DNA of 64,000 nt. Origin: an uncultured Bacillales bacterium. Its GTDB lineage: Bacteria; Bacillota_I; Bacilli_A; RF39; UBA660. Position 1 is the stretch's first letter. Each line of letters begins with the position of its first letter. Where the stretch lies: NCBI GenBank assembly GCA_948433085.1, contig CAOJDP010000001.1:15642-79641 (forward strand). Direction: 5' to 3'. The position numbers and the translations under genes are program-made. The notes under the pieces are model-generated. The model had not been told where the DNA came from. It did no database searches and worked only from the letters and a program-made list of their open reading frames with translations. This document shows, piece after piece, positions 18,965 through 29,998 of this stretch.

Positions 18965-20135
18965 CGATAAAACACATTAAAATGTCATTGGACTGATAAA
19001 GTGCCTGCTTGGGGATTTTTATCCAACCATTCTGTATGTGTAATTTCCCTTTCTTATTTAATTCTTCGATTGGAAAAACAGAAGCAATCTCTTTTCCATA
19101 TTTTTGTTTAAATTTGTATGCACTTACTCCTTCTATTTTTCGTAAGCCTAATATCATTTCATTTTCCATATTGATTCTTTCTGTCATTTCCACTTTTTCT
19201 AAACAGAAATTACCATCACAATAATCTTTTAAACTACGTGTATTGGTATAACGAATGGAATGAATATATCCACTTGCCCCTAATCCAAATCCATAATAAA
19301 ATTCATTGTTCCAATACGTTAAATTATGTTTAGAAGCATAATTTTTTTTTGCAAAATTGCTAATTTCATAATGTTTATATCCATTTTCTTCTAATGTTTT
19401 GCAAATTGTTTGATACATTTTGAAATCTAACTCTTGACAAATTGGTACAATATGACAGATATGAAATAACGTATTGGATTCTATCATTAAAGAGTAAGTA
19501 GAAATATGGGGCACATCTAATTTTAAAAATTCCTTTATATCCTCTTTTACTTCCTGTAATGTTTCGTTGGGTAATGCATACATAAAATCTAAATTAATAT
19601 TATCCAATCCGATACGTTTCAATAACGCAATGGTTTCTTTTATTTGTTCTTTTGTATGATGACGATTCATCGCTTTTAAATGATGTTCATGAAATGTTTC
19701 TACCCCAATACTAATACGATTCACTCCATATTGTTGCATATACTTAATTTTGGTTTCATTTAAAGATTCTACATTACATTCAATTGTATATTCATAATTT
19801 TTTTGCTTTTGAAATGTATCTATCAATTTTAGAAGTTTCAAAAATTGCGCATCATTTAACGCAGTTGGTGTGCCACCTCCTACATAAATTGTTTGTAAAT
19901 ATTCATTTTGATATGCAGTATGAATTTCTTTTTCTAATGCTTGTAGATATGGAGTTACCCAGTTTTCTTGATAGAGAAATTTTGCAAAATCACAATAATG
20001 ACAAATAGAATTACAAAAAGGAATATGAATATATGCAGCTGTAATATTTTTTGCAATAGATACTTTGCAATCCTTTGTTAAATCATAGTCTTCTTTTACT
20101 TGTGTTTTTGATTTCATATAATCCCTCCATTTCAT
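18936..20135 (-). CDS. hemW: Radical-SAM heme chaperone HemW (HemN-like oxygen-independent coproporphyrinogen oxidase family)
   Basis: CxxxCxxC radical-SAM motif CNSICHYCDF and HemN-like collinearity. It lies in the usual lepA neighbourhood. Confidence 0.8.
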   Translation of the reverse strand: MKWRDYMKSKTQVKEDYDLTKDCKVSIAKNITAAYIHIPFCNSICHYCDFAKFLYQENWVTPYLQALEKEIHTAYQNEYLQTIYVGGGTPTALNDAQFLKLLKLIDTFQKQKNYEYTIECNVESLNETKIKYMQQYGVNRISIGVETFHEHHLKAMNRHHTKEQIKETIALLKRIGLDNINLDFMYALPNETLQEVKEDIKEFLKLDVPHISTYSLMIESNTLFHICHIVPICQELDFKMYQTICKTLEENGYKHYEISNFAKKNYASKHNLTYWNNEFYYGFGLGASGYIHSIRYTNTRSLKDYCDGNFCLEKVEMTERINMENEMILGLRKIEGVSAYKFKQKYGKEIASVFPIEELNKKGKLHIQNGWIKIPKQALYQSNDILMCFIGEENESNKV

Positions 20136-20168
20136 TATAACAAAAAAAGTTTCGTTTCCAAAACTTTT

Positions 20169-21878
20169 TTATGGCTCAACAGGTGTTGCATGATACTTTT
20201 TTACAAATTGACCTTTTTCATTTCGACTTTTATTCATACAAATGTGTCTTTTATGGATTTGCTGTTTGTTATGAATATAACGGATTGCTTCGGTATCTAA
20301 TAACTGTGTTGTAAGTGGATGATATAAATAATTATGTATAGTATCTGCAGTTACACCAAATAGATTTTCTAATCTTTTTGTATCATAATTCTTTTGTTGC
20401 AAATAATAAAGAATCGTTTGCGTAGAACATAACATTGCTTCTATTTGTGAATCAGAAACATCTAGTTCATGAAACGAAAATTTACCTTCAATCAATTGAA
20501 CAAAATTTTCTTCTATTTTAAACTTCTCATAACAATCAGAATTTCTATAATGTTTCCATAACCCTACCAGTGTTTTAAACTTAGATAATTTTTGTATATT
20601 TTTTTCTAATCTACTCTTTCGCAGTTTTTCTAATTCCAAAATTTTCTCTAATTCACAGCCAGCAAAATTAGATCTAAAATAATTTATAATTTCCCATTCT
20701 TCTACTTGAATCTGTGCTGCTAAATCTCGGAAAAGAATAAAATTTTCTTGATAGTATGTATATAAATTCATTCCTTGGTTTATACATAACTCTATTTTCT
20801 TTGCATCATAGACAATTTCAGAAATAGATTCAAAAAAATGACATCCAAACAATTGGTCTATTTCTTTCCCATCTAGCAAATTAATCCCATATTTTTTTTG
20901 AAATTCTAATAAAGTGACCCCAGACATATTTAAATAGGATGCATACAGCGTTAAATAATATGCTACTTTAGTTATTTTATCAGATGGAAAACAATGAAGA
21001 TTATTGATAGAAATAAGACTTCTGATTTTAAGTTTACTCATAATTTTAGGTCCTACTAATACCTTTAACCATTCACTGTTCAAAGTCTCTTTCATATGCT
21101 CCCATCCAATTTTATTTTTTTGATTCGCCTCTTCTTTAGTTAAACTATCATTAGATAATCGATCTTTTATCCATTTTAATCCTTTTATTTTTCGCATTGA
21201 ATTCTCTTTTTTCAAGGTGGCAATCATGGAATCGATTCGTTCTCTTTCCTCTTCTGTTAATGCAAATATACGGCCTAAATTCCGCCATTGACACATTCGC
21301 ATAAGTCCCCTATTTCTTAGCTTATTTAATTCAAATAATTTGTCAATTTCCTGTTTTGTGAGTTCCTCTGCCATTAATGTATCAAATGTAAAAATAATAT
21401 CATGTTCTTCTAAATGGTAATACGCAGCAAGCGCATCAAATGTAACATTATGTTCTAAAAAATAAAAATAAAATTTCATCTTGTCTCTTTGTCTCAATAA
21501 TGTAATATTATTGGCTTGCATTTTTTCAAAGCTATAATTGGATATCCCCTTTACTAAATAATCACGATTTAAAAGCTGGCAAATTTGGTCTACTGTATAA
21601 TTTTTTTCACGAGCAACATCTCCAAACGTTAGATTACCTGCTTTTAAAGTTCGATAAACATCTAATGCATCTTTATTGGCTTTTCTTTTTTGATTTTCCT
21701 CTTTAAACTTTTTCAATAAATTAACGTCTACATGATTCGCATAATAATAAAGTTGCTTAGAAAATTTACTTTCCTCTATTTCATAGTCACTTAGTAATTC
21801 TTCAATTGTAATATTACGCATCTTTGCTTTCTTATCAAAAAACGCTTGTTTTATTTTTTCCAATTCAGTCATATCCAT
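20169..21878 (-). CDS. Large hypothetical protein with multiple HTH-like segments
   Basis: 569 aa. The N-terminal MRNITIEELLSDYEI and several further helix-turn-helix-like stretches occur. No catalytic motifs recognised. Confidence 0.5.
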   Translation of the reverse strand: MDMTELEKIKQAFFDKKAKMRNITIEELLSDYEIEESKFSKQLYYYANHVDVNLLKKFKEENQKRKANKDALDVYRTLKAGNLTFGDVAREKNYTVDQICQLLNRDYLVKGISNYSFEKMQANNITLLRQRDKMKFYFYFLEHNVTFDALAAYYHLEEHDIIFTFDTLMAEELTKQEIDKLFELNKLRNRGLMRMCQWRNLGRIFALTEEERERIDSMIATLKKENSMRKIKGLKWIKDRLSNDSLTKEEANQKNKIGWEHMKETLNSEWLKVLVGPKIMSKLKIRSLISINNLHCFPSDKITKVAYYLTLYASYLNMSGVTLLEFQKKYGINLLDGKEIDQLFGCHFFESISEIVYDAKKIELCINQGMNLYTYYQENFILFRDLAAQIQVEEWEIINYFRSNFAGCELEKILELEKLRKSRLEKNIQKLSKFKTLVGLWKHYRNSDCYEKFKIEENFVQLIEGKFSFHELDVSDSQIEAMLCSTQTILYYLQQKNYDTKRLENLFGVTADTIHNYLYHPLTTQLLDTEAIRYIHNKQQIHKRHICMNKSRNEKGQFVKKYHATPVEP

Positions 21879-22057
21879 TCCCCCTTTTTGCGTATATACT
21901 AGTATAACAAAAAAGACAAAAATGTCAAATTATTGCTTTACTTGAAATACAAGGATAAAAGTACAAGGAAGCCCTTTTGTGAAATATAATGTTCATAAAA
22001 CATTCCTACATAGACTCCAATCAACCTAACCTTTATTATGTTTAAAAGAATGATAAT

Positions 22058-23350
22058 CTACTTTTTAGAAGGATTTCCACTCTGATTCATACTGACCTTT
22101 ACTTTTTGATGCTCTTTTGAATATAAAGTAGATGCATACTTTAAAATAGAGTAACTATACTGGAATGGGAACAAACTTCCTTGTGAGGTTGTAGTTAAAA
22201 AATGCATATATAAAATATTGGCCATTTCAATTTGTGATTCATCAATCCCTAGCGCAAGTGCTGTTTTTTCATAGGAAAAATTATGAATTGCAAGTTCCCC
22301 ACATAAATAATAAGGCATAATATTTCCAATCTCTATATGTGCTTTTAACCATTCAATTTTTTGTTCTACTTCCTTTTTATAATCGATATTATTTCCACAC
22401 AAATGACTGTACGAATGAGAATTTGAAACATGATTATTTTGGACAGCCATATTCATTTGTATTTTTTGTAAAACACAAGGTTGAAGCAAAGAAGCATACT
22501 GCTGAACAGATTGTAATATTTTTATAATCTCTTTTTTCCTTCGATTTTTTGTTTCTTGTATCCTATCTATATTTCTATCTCTATAGTAAGCTGAAATCAC
22601 ATTTAAATCTGAAATTGCCTTTGGCGTTGCACAATAAGTATTTTCTACTACAATCCTTCTCAAATAGGGATCTTTCATCCAGTATTGACCATATGGAGGC
22701 CTTTGGGTTTTACGAATATGATCTATTTGTTGTTTATGATGCATAATTAAATCTATAATCATTTGATTTTCAATTTGCAACTTTAAATTGGAAAAGAAAT
22801 ATTTATCTAAATTTGCATACTGAATAAATTCTTCTTGTGTAAATAAACTATCTAGATATAGTACAATTGTGCGATAAAGCATTTGATATGGAACATTCTC
22901 TTTTGTGCATAACTGTTGATAAACATTTTTTCCCTTATTTTTTCCCAATTTACTCACTAAATAATCCAAATCAAATAGATGGAGAAAAAATAACATTTGA
23001 TTTACTTTGTATAATTGACAATACTCTGCTAGTTCCTTCTTATTCAACAAAACAGAATTCACAATGTATCTCAAATCTTCACTTTCCATACAAATAAAAT
23101 TTTTTTCGTATGACTTTTTTAATTGTTCTATATTTTTTTCTCTTTGTCTTGCAATGGCTTCCCATGAATACATTCCAAAATGACTTATAATGGTTTGTTT
23201 TCCTTCTTCACTTAAAACATATGTAACTTCTTTTTCACCAATATTTAGTAATGCAGCAATTTCTGTTTCTAACTTTCCCTCTAAATAGTATTGAATCGTA
23301 GACCGCATTACAGATAAAGCACTTACAAATTCTTTTTCTTTATTCATCAT
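22058..23350 (-). CDS. Large hypothetical protein with sigma-70 region-4/LuxR-like HTH segments
   Basis: 430 aa. An N-terminal HTH ([17 protein letters not shown]) and a C-terminal HTH ([20 protein letters not shown]) are present. The start overlaps the lepA stop by 8-11 nt. Confidence 0.5.
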   Translation of the reverse strand: MMNKEKEFVSALSVMRSTIQYYLEGKLETEIAALLNIGEKEVTYVLSEEGKQTIISHFGMYSWEAIARQREKNIEQLKKSYEKNFICMESEDLRYIVNSVLLNKKELAEYCQLYKVNQMLFFLHLFDLDYLVSKLGKNKGKNVYQQLCTKENVPYQMLYRTIVLYLDSLFTQEEFIQYANLDKYFFSNLKLQIENQMIIDLIMHHKQQIDHIRKTQRPPYGQYWMKDPYLRRIVVENTYCATPKAISDLNVISAYYRDRNIDRIQETKNRRKKEIIKILQSVQQYASLLQPCVLQKIQMNMAVQNNHVSNSHSYSHLCGNNIDYKKEVEQKIEWLKAHIEIGNIMPYYLCGELAIHNFSYEKTALALGIDESQIEMANILYMHFLTTTSQGSLFPFQYSYSILKYASTLYSKEHQKVKVSMNQSGNPSKK

Positions 23351-25142
23351 TATTCATACTTAAAACAGATAAAAAGGCTTCTTGTGGTATCTCTACGCTT
23401 CCCACCATTTTCATCCGTTTTTTTCCCTCCTTTTGTTTTTCTAAAAGTTTTCTTTTTCTTGTCACATCCCCGCCATAACACTTTGCCAAAACATTTTTTC
23501 GTACTGCCTTGATTGTTTCTCTTGCAATGACTTTACTACCAATTGAAGCTTGAATAGGTACTTCAAATTGCTGTCTAGGAATTAATTTTTTTAAATTTTC
23601 AACGACTAATTTTCCTCTTTGGTACGCAAAATCTTTGTGGACAATCGTACTTAACGCATCCACTGATTCTCCATTTAATAAAATATCCATCTTTACTAAA
23701 TTACTACTTTTATAACCAATTAAATCATAGTCAAAGGATGCATATCCTTTTGTACTTGATTTTAGTTGATCAAAAAAATCATACACAATCTCTGATAGTG
23801 GAATTTCATAGTGAATATTCACTCTTGTTTGATCTATATATTCCATAGAAATATAAGTTCCTCTTTTATTTTGACATAACTCCATAATAGGACCTATATA
23901 TTCACTTGGCACAAAAATATTGGTTTTAATATAAGGCTCTTGCATATCTAAAATGCGTCCCTTATCTGGTAATTTGACAGGACTATCAATTTGTAGATGA
24001 CTATGATCTGTCAATTCTACATCATAAATAACAGAAGGACTCGTTGCAATTAAATCAATGTTAAACTCTCGTTCTATTCTCTCTTCTATAATTTCCATAT
24101 GCAATAATCCTAAAAAACCACAGCGAAAACCAAACCCCAATGCCTTGGATGTTTCAGGACTGAATTCCAAAGAAGCATCATTCAGTTTCAACTTCTCTAA
24201 AGCCTCCCTTAATTCAGGAAATTTGCTGGATTCAATTGGATAAATACCACAAAAAACCATTGGTTTCATTGGCTGATATCCAGGTAAAGATTCTGTATTT
24301 GGATACATAGCAGAAGTAATTGTATCCCCAACTTTTACATCTTCAATGCTTTTAATACTTGCACATAAATAGCCAACTTCTCCAGTTGTTAGTTCTTGTT
24401 TTTTTTCTTCTTTTGGCGTATGGACACCCAATTCAATTACCTCATAACTAGCACCAGTTGCATTCATTTTGATTTTATCCCCTATTTTCACTTTTCCATT
24501 TACCACACGAATAGAAGTAATAATACCTCTATAAGCATCAAAATAACTATCAAAAATTAATGCTTGTAAAGGATTTTTTTCCTTTCCAGTTGGAGCTGGC
24601 ACACGGTCAATAATCGCTTCTACTAATGATTGAATTCCAATTCCATTTTTCGCACTAACAAGTAGTATTTCTTCTTCTTCGAAGCCTAAAGTATCTAAAA
24701 GTTCTTTTTTTACCCGTTCAGGATCGGCATTTGGTAAATCTATCTTGTTGATTACAGGAATGATTGTTAAATTGTTTTCTAAAGCAAGGTATAAATTCGC
24801 TAATGTTTGTGCTTCAATGCCTTGCGCCGCATCTACAACCAGAATCGCACCTTCACAAGCCGCTAAACTACGACTGACTTCATAAGAAAAATCAACATGT
24901 CCTGGTGTATCAATTAAATGAAGATGATAATCTTCATCTTTATAATGATATTTTAAAGAAACTGCATTTAACTTAATCGTTATTCCCCTTTCTCTTTCAA
25001 TATCCATACTATCTAATAACTGATTTTGTTTTTCCCTTTCTGAAATTGCACCAGTCAACTCTAAAATACGATCTGCAAGTGTACTTTTACCATGATCAAT
25101 ATGTGCAATGATAGAAAAATTTCTGATGTTTTCTTGTTTCAT
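23340..25142 (-). CDS. lepA: Elongation factor 4 (LepA)
   Basis: G1 motif [10 protein letters not shown], then DTPGHVDF and NKID, and the LepA-specific C-terminal region. Confidence 0.95.
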   Translation of the reverse strand: MKQENIRNFSIIAHIDHGKSTLADRILELTGAISEREKQNQLLDSMDIERERGITIKLNAVSLKYHYKDEDYHLHLIDTPGHVDFSYEVSRSLAACEGAILVVDAAQGIEAQTLANLYLALENNLTIIPVINKIDLPNADPERVKKELLDTLGFEEEEILLVSAKNGIGIQSLVEAIIDRVPAPTGKEKNPLQALIFDSYFDAYRGIITSIRVVNGKVKIGDKIKMNATGASYEVIELGVHTPKEEKKQELTTGEVGYLCASIKSIEDVKVGDTITSAMYPNTESLPGYQPMKPMVFCGIYPIESSKFPELREALEKLKLNDASLEFSPETSKALGFGFRCGFLGLLHMEIIEERIEREFNIDLIATSPSVIYDVELTDHSHLQIDSPVKLPDKGRILDMQEPYIKTNIFVPSEYIGPIMELCQNKRGTYISMEYIDQTRVNIHYEIPLSEIVYDFFDQLKSSTKGYASFDYDLIGYKSSNLVKMDILLNGESVDALSTIVHKDFAYQRGKLVVENLKKLIPRQQFEVPIQASIGSKVIARETIKAVRKNVLAKCYGGDVTRKRKLLEKQKEGKKRMKMVGSVEIPQEAFLSVLSMNNDE

Positions 25143-25250
25143 GTTATCACCTAAAAATATTATAACATGAAAAAAAGATATATTGATACCTTTTTATTGA
25201 TGATAGCAAACTACCTATTGTTTTTTTCGAATTGTTTCAACCCTTATTAC

Positions 25251-25595
25251 TTATTCTTCCATAAGTTGATTTAAAAATTTGAAGGTAGCATCTAATCCCT
25301 CTTGCACATACTTCCCTATCCCTTCTGATAATTTTAAACCCATATTAGATATCTTTGTTTGATAATTGATTTCCCTTTCTCCCATATAATCTTTGATATC
25401 TACATGCTTTCCCTCTGCAATATCTTGTTCAAATTGTTTAATTTTTTCTTGTGTCAATGTGACTCTTTTGTGTTGTTCAAATTCATAATATCCTGTTGCT
25501 TCTGAAACATAAAGTGCAAAAAAGGCGATAAAAAGACATAAAAACAATTTCCAAAATATCCGATTAGCTAATTTCTTTTTTTCCTCTGGTTTCAT
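25251..25595 (-). CDS. YqxA-like small membrane-anchored protein (DUF3679-like)
   Basis: 114 aa with an N-terminal TM segment. It sits between spoIIP and lepA, exactly where yqxA lies in B. subtilis. The call rests on synteny and size rather than a strong sequence motif. Confidence 0.4.
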   Translation of the reverse strand: MKPEEKKKLANRIFWKLFLCLFIAFFALYVSEATGYYEFEQHKRVTLTQEKIKQFEQDIAEGKHVDIKDYMGEREINYQTKISNMGLKLSEGIGKYVQEGLDATFKFLNQLMEE

Positions 25596-25599
25596 GAAT

Positions 25600-26631
25600 T
25601 CACCCCAAGTATTCTTGTATTATTGTAGCTAAAGCTTCTATTGTATTCATTACCTCTTCGATAGAATTATCAGTACCCCCACATTCAATTAAAACAGAAT
25701 TGGGGCTTAAATTTTGATTATAAATTCCATTAACACCTGGTCCCTCTTTCGTCATCACACCCCTACTCAAAGTAGGATATTTTTCTTTAATTTTATTAGA
25801 TAACGTATTGGCTAATGTAAGATTAGATTCTGCATTCTCATGCTCCATACCTACAACAAATAAAACCTTCGCATAACTTTTTCCGTTAATTACCGTAGTG
25901 GATGCAGTTTTGGGAATCGCATCCCTATGTAAATCAATCAATAATTTGATACTAGGATATTTATTTAATGTATCTGTAATAAAAAATTTACTGGCTTGAT
26001 AACTTTTAGAGTAATCCCAATTATTTAAATTTAAAAAGTCTGTAATATTAGAAGTTTCTACAATTGTTGGAATCCCCACTTTATTTAATTTTTCTTTCAA
26101 TAAATAAGAAGCCATTAACACATTGGGTGTGATATTATATTCTTCAAAATTAGCATTACTATACCCTTCCAATTGGTGCGTATTATAAATATAGACAAGA
26201 GGCTCTGTTACAACTGTAGGATTGGGATCTTTGATATAAACAGAAGGGTCTTCTAAAAAATTATCATTATCCTGTAATCCAGGGTCTTCTACTGACACAA
26301 CAGGATCTACTGGTGTTATTTCATTTTTCATTTCATATCCAAATACTGTCTCTAAAATACTAATTGGTTTTTTAAAATCTATATTAGATAAATTTTTTAA
26401 AAATCGATTGACAATATTATGATTGCTTTTTTCATAGAGTAAATGGTGATTGGAATCTTTAAGCAAGGATAAAATAAAAGCTTCATTGTTATCTGCTAAT
26501 CGGATATTTAAAAATAGTCCGATTATCCACTGATAAAGGAAAAAACATAAAATAAATATTACAACAAATTTAAGCCACGTATGTTTGTTTTTCTTCTTTT
26601 TTGAACGAAATTGTTTTCGCATATGTATCAC
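25600..26631 (-). CDS. spoIIP: Stage II sporulation protein P (SpoIIP)
   Basis: An N-terminal TM segment, then YIYNTHQLEGYSN, LLIDLHRDAI and GVNGIYNQNLSPNSVLIECGG (SpoIIP amidase-like signature). Conserved spoIIP-yqxA-lepA synteny supports the call. Confidence 0.85.
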   Translation of the reverse strand: MIHMRKQFRSKKKKNKHTWLKFVVIFILCFFLYQWIIGLFLNIRLADNNEAFILSLLKDSNHHLLYEKSNHNIVNRFLKNLSNIDFKKPISILETVFGYEMKNEITPVDPVVSVEDPGLQDNDNFLEDPSVYIKDPNPTVVTEPLVYIYNTHQLEGYSNANFEEYNITPNVLMASYLLKEKLNKVGIPTIVETSNITDFLNLNNWDYSKSYQASKFFITDTLNKYPSIKLLIDLHRDAIPKTASTTVINGKSYAKVLFVVGMEHENAESNLTLANTLSNKIKEKYPTLSRGVMTKEGPGVNGIYNQNLSPNSVLIECGGTDNSIEEVMNTIEALATIIQEYLG

Positions 26632-26699
26632 CCACTTTAATGTATTTTGATTTTACAACATTATGTATGCGGATTCTGTCGGATTTCCTTCCCTATTTT

Positions 26700-27185
26700 T
26701 TAATAGGGAAATTTTTTTATATCAAAAAAAACATTTTCTAGTGAAGCATCAGACGAACTTGTCTTACGAAAAATGACGGATACATTTTGGGGAGTTGTTA
26801 TGGACAACATTTTTTGTTGTACAAAATAAATTTCTCCTACATTTTGTAAAGTAATTTCGAGAAAATCAGATTGTGTTCCATTCACCTCTATTTGAATGGC
26901 AAGAACTGCATTTGTAGAAGAAAGTGTCTCTCTTAATCTTCCACTGATTGCAAGTTCATAACAGCCACTCTCATTTAAAGTAATTCGATTATTATTAATG
27001 AGGAAAATATTTGTATTATTTGGCAATTTTTTAGGACTAGAAGTTTGTAAAATACCAGCAGTTGAGGTATTTGCAAAATCTGTATACATAATTGCAGAAA
27101 TACCAGCTGGTCCAGTAGGCCCAGTTGGGCCTGTTTCCCCTATTGGAAGAACAAAATCTAAAATGTATTCTGAATTTGATTGCAT
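26700..27185 (-). CDS. Mini-collagen (G-X-T)-repeat protein with a C-terminal jelly-roll-like domain; putatively BclA-like spore surface protein
   Basis: I set the start at ATG 27185 (MQSNSEYILDFVLPIGETGPTGPTGPAG) because AGGAGG lies 7 nt upstream. This removes the overlap implied by the longer track ORF. It is a paralog of the adjacent gene, sharing ESGCYELAISGRLRET and SDASLE. Confidence 0.55.
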   Translation of the reverse strand: MQSNSEYILDFVLPIGETGPTGPTGPAGISAIMYTDFANTSTAGILQTSSPKKLPNNTNIFLINNNRITLNESGCYELAISGRLRETLSSTNAVLAIQIEVNGTQSDFLEITLQNVGEIYFVQQKMLSITTPQNVSVIFRKTSSSDASLENVFFDIKKFPY

Positions 27186-27195
27186 ACTTAACCTC

Positions 27196-27687
27196 CTATT
27201 TTGAATAAGGAAATGGTAATCTTTGAATTTGTAATGTGACCGCTTCAATAGATGCATCTGAATTACCATTCTTTTCGAAAACTAACATAACAGTTTGCAA
27301 AGTCCCATATTGCCCAATTTTTATTTGTGAAAAATAAGTTTCCCTCGCGCCTTGTTGTAATTGTACAGTAATTAAATTATTACTTATCCCACTGGTATTT
27401 CTTGTTCGCAATTTTAATGTTGCTCCATTCGCAGTAGTTGTTTCTTTTAATCTACCACTGATGAAAAATTCAAAATATCCTGTCTCTGTAAATTGAATAG
27501 ATTCGTTTGTTATTGTATAGATATTAGAATTGGATGGAAAGATAGTTGCACTAGAAATGGTAAGATTTTGAGCAGTCGTAGCATTATGATAGGAAACAAA
27601 TATTTTTGGTGCATGAACAATCGGTCCAGTAGGACCCGTCTCCCCACTTGGTATAATAAAATCTAAACAGTAATCATGTTCTTCCAT
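27196..27687 (-). CDS. Mini-collagen (GETGPTGP) protein; tandem paralog of the preceding gene
   Basis: MEEHDYCLDFIIPSGETGPTGP then a C-terminal domain with TGYFEFFISGRLKET and SDASIEAV, paralogous to 26700..27185. Confidence 0.55.
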   Translation of the reverse strand: MEEHDYCLDFIIPSGETGPTGPIVHAPKIFVSYHNATTAQNLTISSATIFPSNSNIYTITNESIQFTETGYFEFFISGRLKETTTANGATLKLRTRNTSGISNNLITVQLQQGARETYFSQIKIGQYGTLQTVMLVFEKNGNSDASIEAVTLQIQRLPFPYSK

Positions 27688-27784
27688 AGATCCCTCTTTC
27701 TATCTTATTCTATGTAATATCAAAAAAAATAGACTACATAAGTATTCTAATCAACACTACAAAAAAATTACGCTAACACGTAAT

Positions 27785-28429
27785 TTAATTCTCCATTAAA
27801 GTTTCATGTAATACTTCTTCCCTAGTACTCAAATCTACATCTTCAATACGATCAACACGACACATTTCAGCAGCTAAAATACATTCGATTTTATTGACTG
27901 CATCCTCCACTTCATCATTCACAACTACATAGTTATACTTTGTCATTTCATTGATTTCTTGATAAGCTGTTTTAAAACGTGCAAGTACTTTTTCCTTCGT
28001 TTCTGTTCCTCTATTTTCTAACCTTTGTTTTAAAATGTCCATACTTGGAGGCATTAAAAATATGAAAATAGCATCTGGAACTAGTTCCTTTACTTTTAGT
28101 GCCCCTTGTACTTCAATTTCTAAAATAACATGGATTCCTTTACTTCTCTTCTCCTCGATTCTATCTTTAGGCGTCCCATAGTAATTTCCATTGTATTCTG
28201 CATATTCTAATAATTCATTCTTAGAAATTTTTTCTTCAAAAGCTTCCCTCGTAAGAAAATAATAATGCGTTCCATCCTTTTCTTCCCCTCTAGGAGTTCT
28301 TGAAGTACAAGAAATGGAAAGAAAACATTGATCATTTCGTTTCAAAAATGCATTACAAATTGTATCCTTACCTGCTCCACTAGGTCCCGATAAAACAATT
28401 AAAGCACCATATTTTTTCTTTTTAATCAT
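27785..28429 (-). CDS. gmk: Guanylate kinase
   Basis: P-loop LSGPSGAGKDT and the guanylate-binding SCTSRTPRGEEKDGTHYYF...EYAEYNGNYYGT. The start was moved to MIKKKKYG (28429); the track extension to 28549 would overlap the upstream deacetylase gene. Confidence 0.85.
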   Translation of the reverse strand: MIKKKKYGALIVLSGPSGAGKDTICNAFLKRNDQCFLSISCTSRTPRGEEKDGTHYYFLTREAFEEKISKNELLEYAEYNGNYYGTPKDRIEEKRSKGIHVILEIEVQGALKVKELVPDAIFIFLMPPSMDILKQRLENRGTETKEKVLARFKTAYQEINEMTKYNYVVVNDEVEDAVNKIECILAAEMCRVDRIEDVDLSTREEVLHETLMEN

Positions 28430-28472
28430 AAGTATTTCCCTTTCTAGTAGGGATATTATAACAGGTTTTAAA

Positions 28473-29882
28473 CTAGTTTGCAATTCTATGTTTAATTTGA
28501 GGTGTTGTTTCTGTAATATTAGAAAATGTATATCCATTATTTTTTCCATAATGAATAATATCCCTTAAAGCATTTAAAGTATAATAATTATTCTCATAAT
28601 CATGCATTAAAACCACATTGGTATGGCTATTTAAACTATTGGTTACATTATGATAAACTTCAGCAGCACTATGAACTCCTCCTGCATCCCCACTTCCAAC
28701 ATTCCAATCAAAATATGTATAACCTTTGGTAATTAACGCCTTCGCAAGTCGTGTCATAATTCCTGGATTAAAACGGCTTACAGTATTAGAACTTCCTCCT
28801 GGAAATCTCGTAATAGTTGGTTTTTCTCCTGTAATACTTTCTAGTTTATTAGCCATCTGACGCAAATCATCAAAGAAAGCATCTTCAGAGGCATAAATTT
28901 GTTTATAGTTATGCGTGTAACTATGAATTGCAATTGTATGTCCATCCTCATAAGCTTGTTGAATCAAATAATTTAAAGAATCACTATGATTGATAATGAA
29001 AAAAGTAGCTTTGACATTTTCCTCTCTCAATATTTGTAATATGCCAGGCGTAATTGTACGACTAGGGCCATCATCAAAAGTTAGATAAATTGTTTTCCCA
29101 TTTTCAATCGGCTTTGGAATCACACGTACCACTCTTGTTTCTTCTGCTGTATGTCCAAAATGATCTGTAACTGTATATTTTAATTCATAATTTCCAATCG
29201 TCTGCGTATTAACCGTTCCTATTATTTGCACATCCTGTGTAAGATCACCATCACAAGCATCCATTGCTTGATAACCAGGTTCTTGAAAAGATTCATTTTG
29301 GTAAACCGTGAATATACTAGGTCCTTGTAAAGTGATAACAGGAGCTTCTGTATCTTGATACACAAACTCTCTTGCAATAACGAATGGATTATGAGAACTA
29401 TCTTCTACTGTATAAATCCATCGATCATACAATTTATGAATAACCACCTTATCAGTAAGATCGCCATCATAATTATCATTCGCATGATATCCTTGTTCTA
29501 CATATGGATGATTAGGGCATAGTTCAATTTTTAAATCCCCATCTAAGATAATAATTGGTTTTTCTTCTTCTCTTACTTTTACAATTCTTTCTTTTTGAAT
29601 TTTTTTATTATGAAACGATATTTGATAAATAATTTTATAATCACCTACCTTAGTCGTATCTACATATCCTTGTATTTTTATTGGATATTTTTTGTGGAAA
29701 GGAAAGGTCTCTACAGTTGCACCTAATTCCTCATAAGATTGATTTAACAACACTTGAATCTGTTTGTCTCCATTTAATTTTATTTTAGGTGTTTTATTCC
29801 AAAGTAAAAAAATACCAATTATAAAAATACATACTATACTTACAATTATTCCATATTTATAATACTGCTTCACATACAACAC
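28473..29882 (-). CDS. Membrane-anchored polysaccharide deacetylase (NodB domain) with two Ig-like DGDLT repeats
   Basis: An N-terminal TM segment and two DUF5011-like segments (NYDGDLTDKV, ACDGDLTQDV). NodB motifs TFDDGP, HSYTH and the conserved catalytic residues are present. Confidence 0.75.
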   Translation of the reverse strand: MLYVKQYYKYGIIVSIVCIFIIGIFLLWNKTPKIKLNGDKQIQVLLNQSYEELGATVETFPFHKKYPIKIQGYVDTTKVGDYKIIYQISFHNKKIQKERIVKVREEEKPIIILDGDLKIELCPNHPYVEQGYHANDNYDGDLTDKVVIHKLYDRWIYTVEDSSHNPFVIAREFVYQDTEAPVITLQGPSIFTVYQNESFQEPGYQAMDACDGDLTQDVQIIGTVNTQTIGNYELKYTVTDHFGHTAEETRVVRVIPKPIENGKTIYLTFDDGPSRTITPGILQILREENVKATFFIINHSDSLNYLIQQAYEDGHTIAIHSYTHNYKQIYASEDAFFDDLRQMANKLESITGEKPTITRFPGGSSNTVSRFNPGIMTRLAKALITKGYTYFDWNVGSGDAGGVHSAAEVYHNVTNSLNSHTNVVLMHDYENNYYTLNALRDIIHYGKNNGYTFSNITETTPQIKHRIAN

Positions 29883-29998
29883 CTAACTTCTATATTTAGT
29901 ATATCACAAAATAAAATTGATAAACTAAAAAATGACCCTTTATGGACACCATTTTTTAAAATAAACTTTTACCATTTTATATTATACTTATATAGATT

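Noticed and set aside
26998-27204. Plus-strand ORF overlapping the collagen-repeat region
   Set aside because: It is the antisense of the GETGPTGPTGP-encoding stretch and the complement of a G/C-rich triplet repeat. There is no independent support.
27785-28549. N-terminal extended ORFs for gmk (to 28549), SDR (to 43951), the thioredoxin-like protein (to 48831), UPF0316 (from 16469), the membrane protein (to 49960) and the first BclA-like gene (to 27269)
   Set aside because: Internal ATGs with good Shine-Dalgarno sequences reproduce the conserved protein N-termini (for example the Gmk P-loop start and the MKKFLSIL signal peptide). The extensions would create long overlaps with neighbouring genes.
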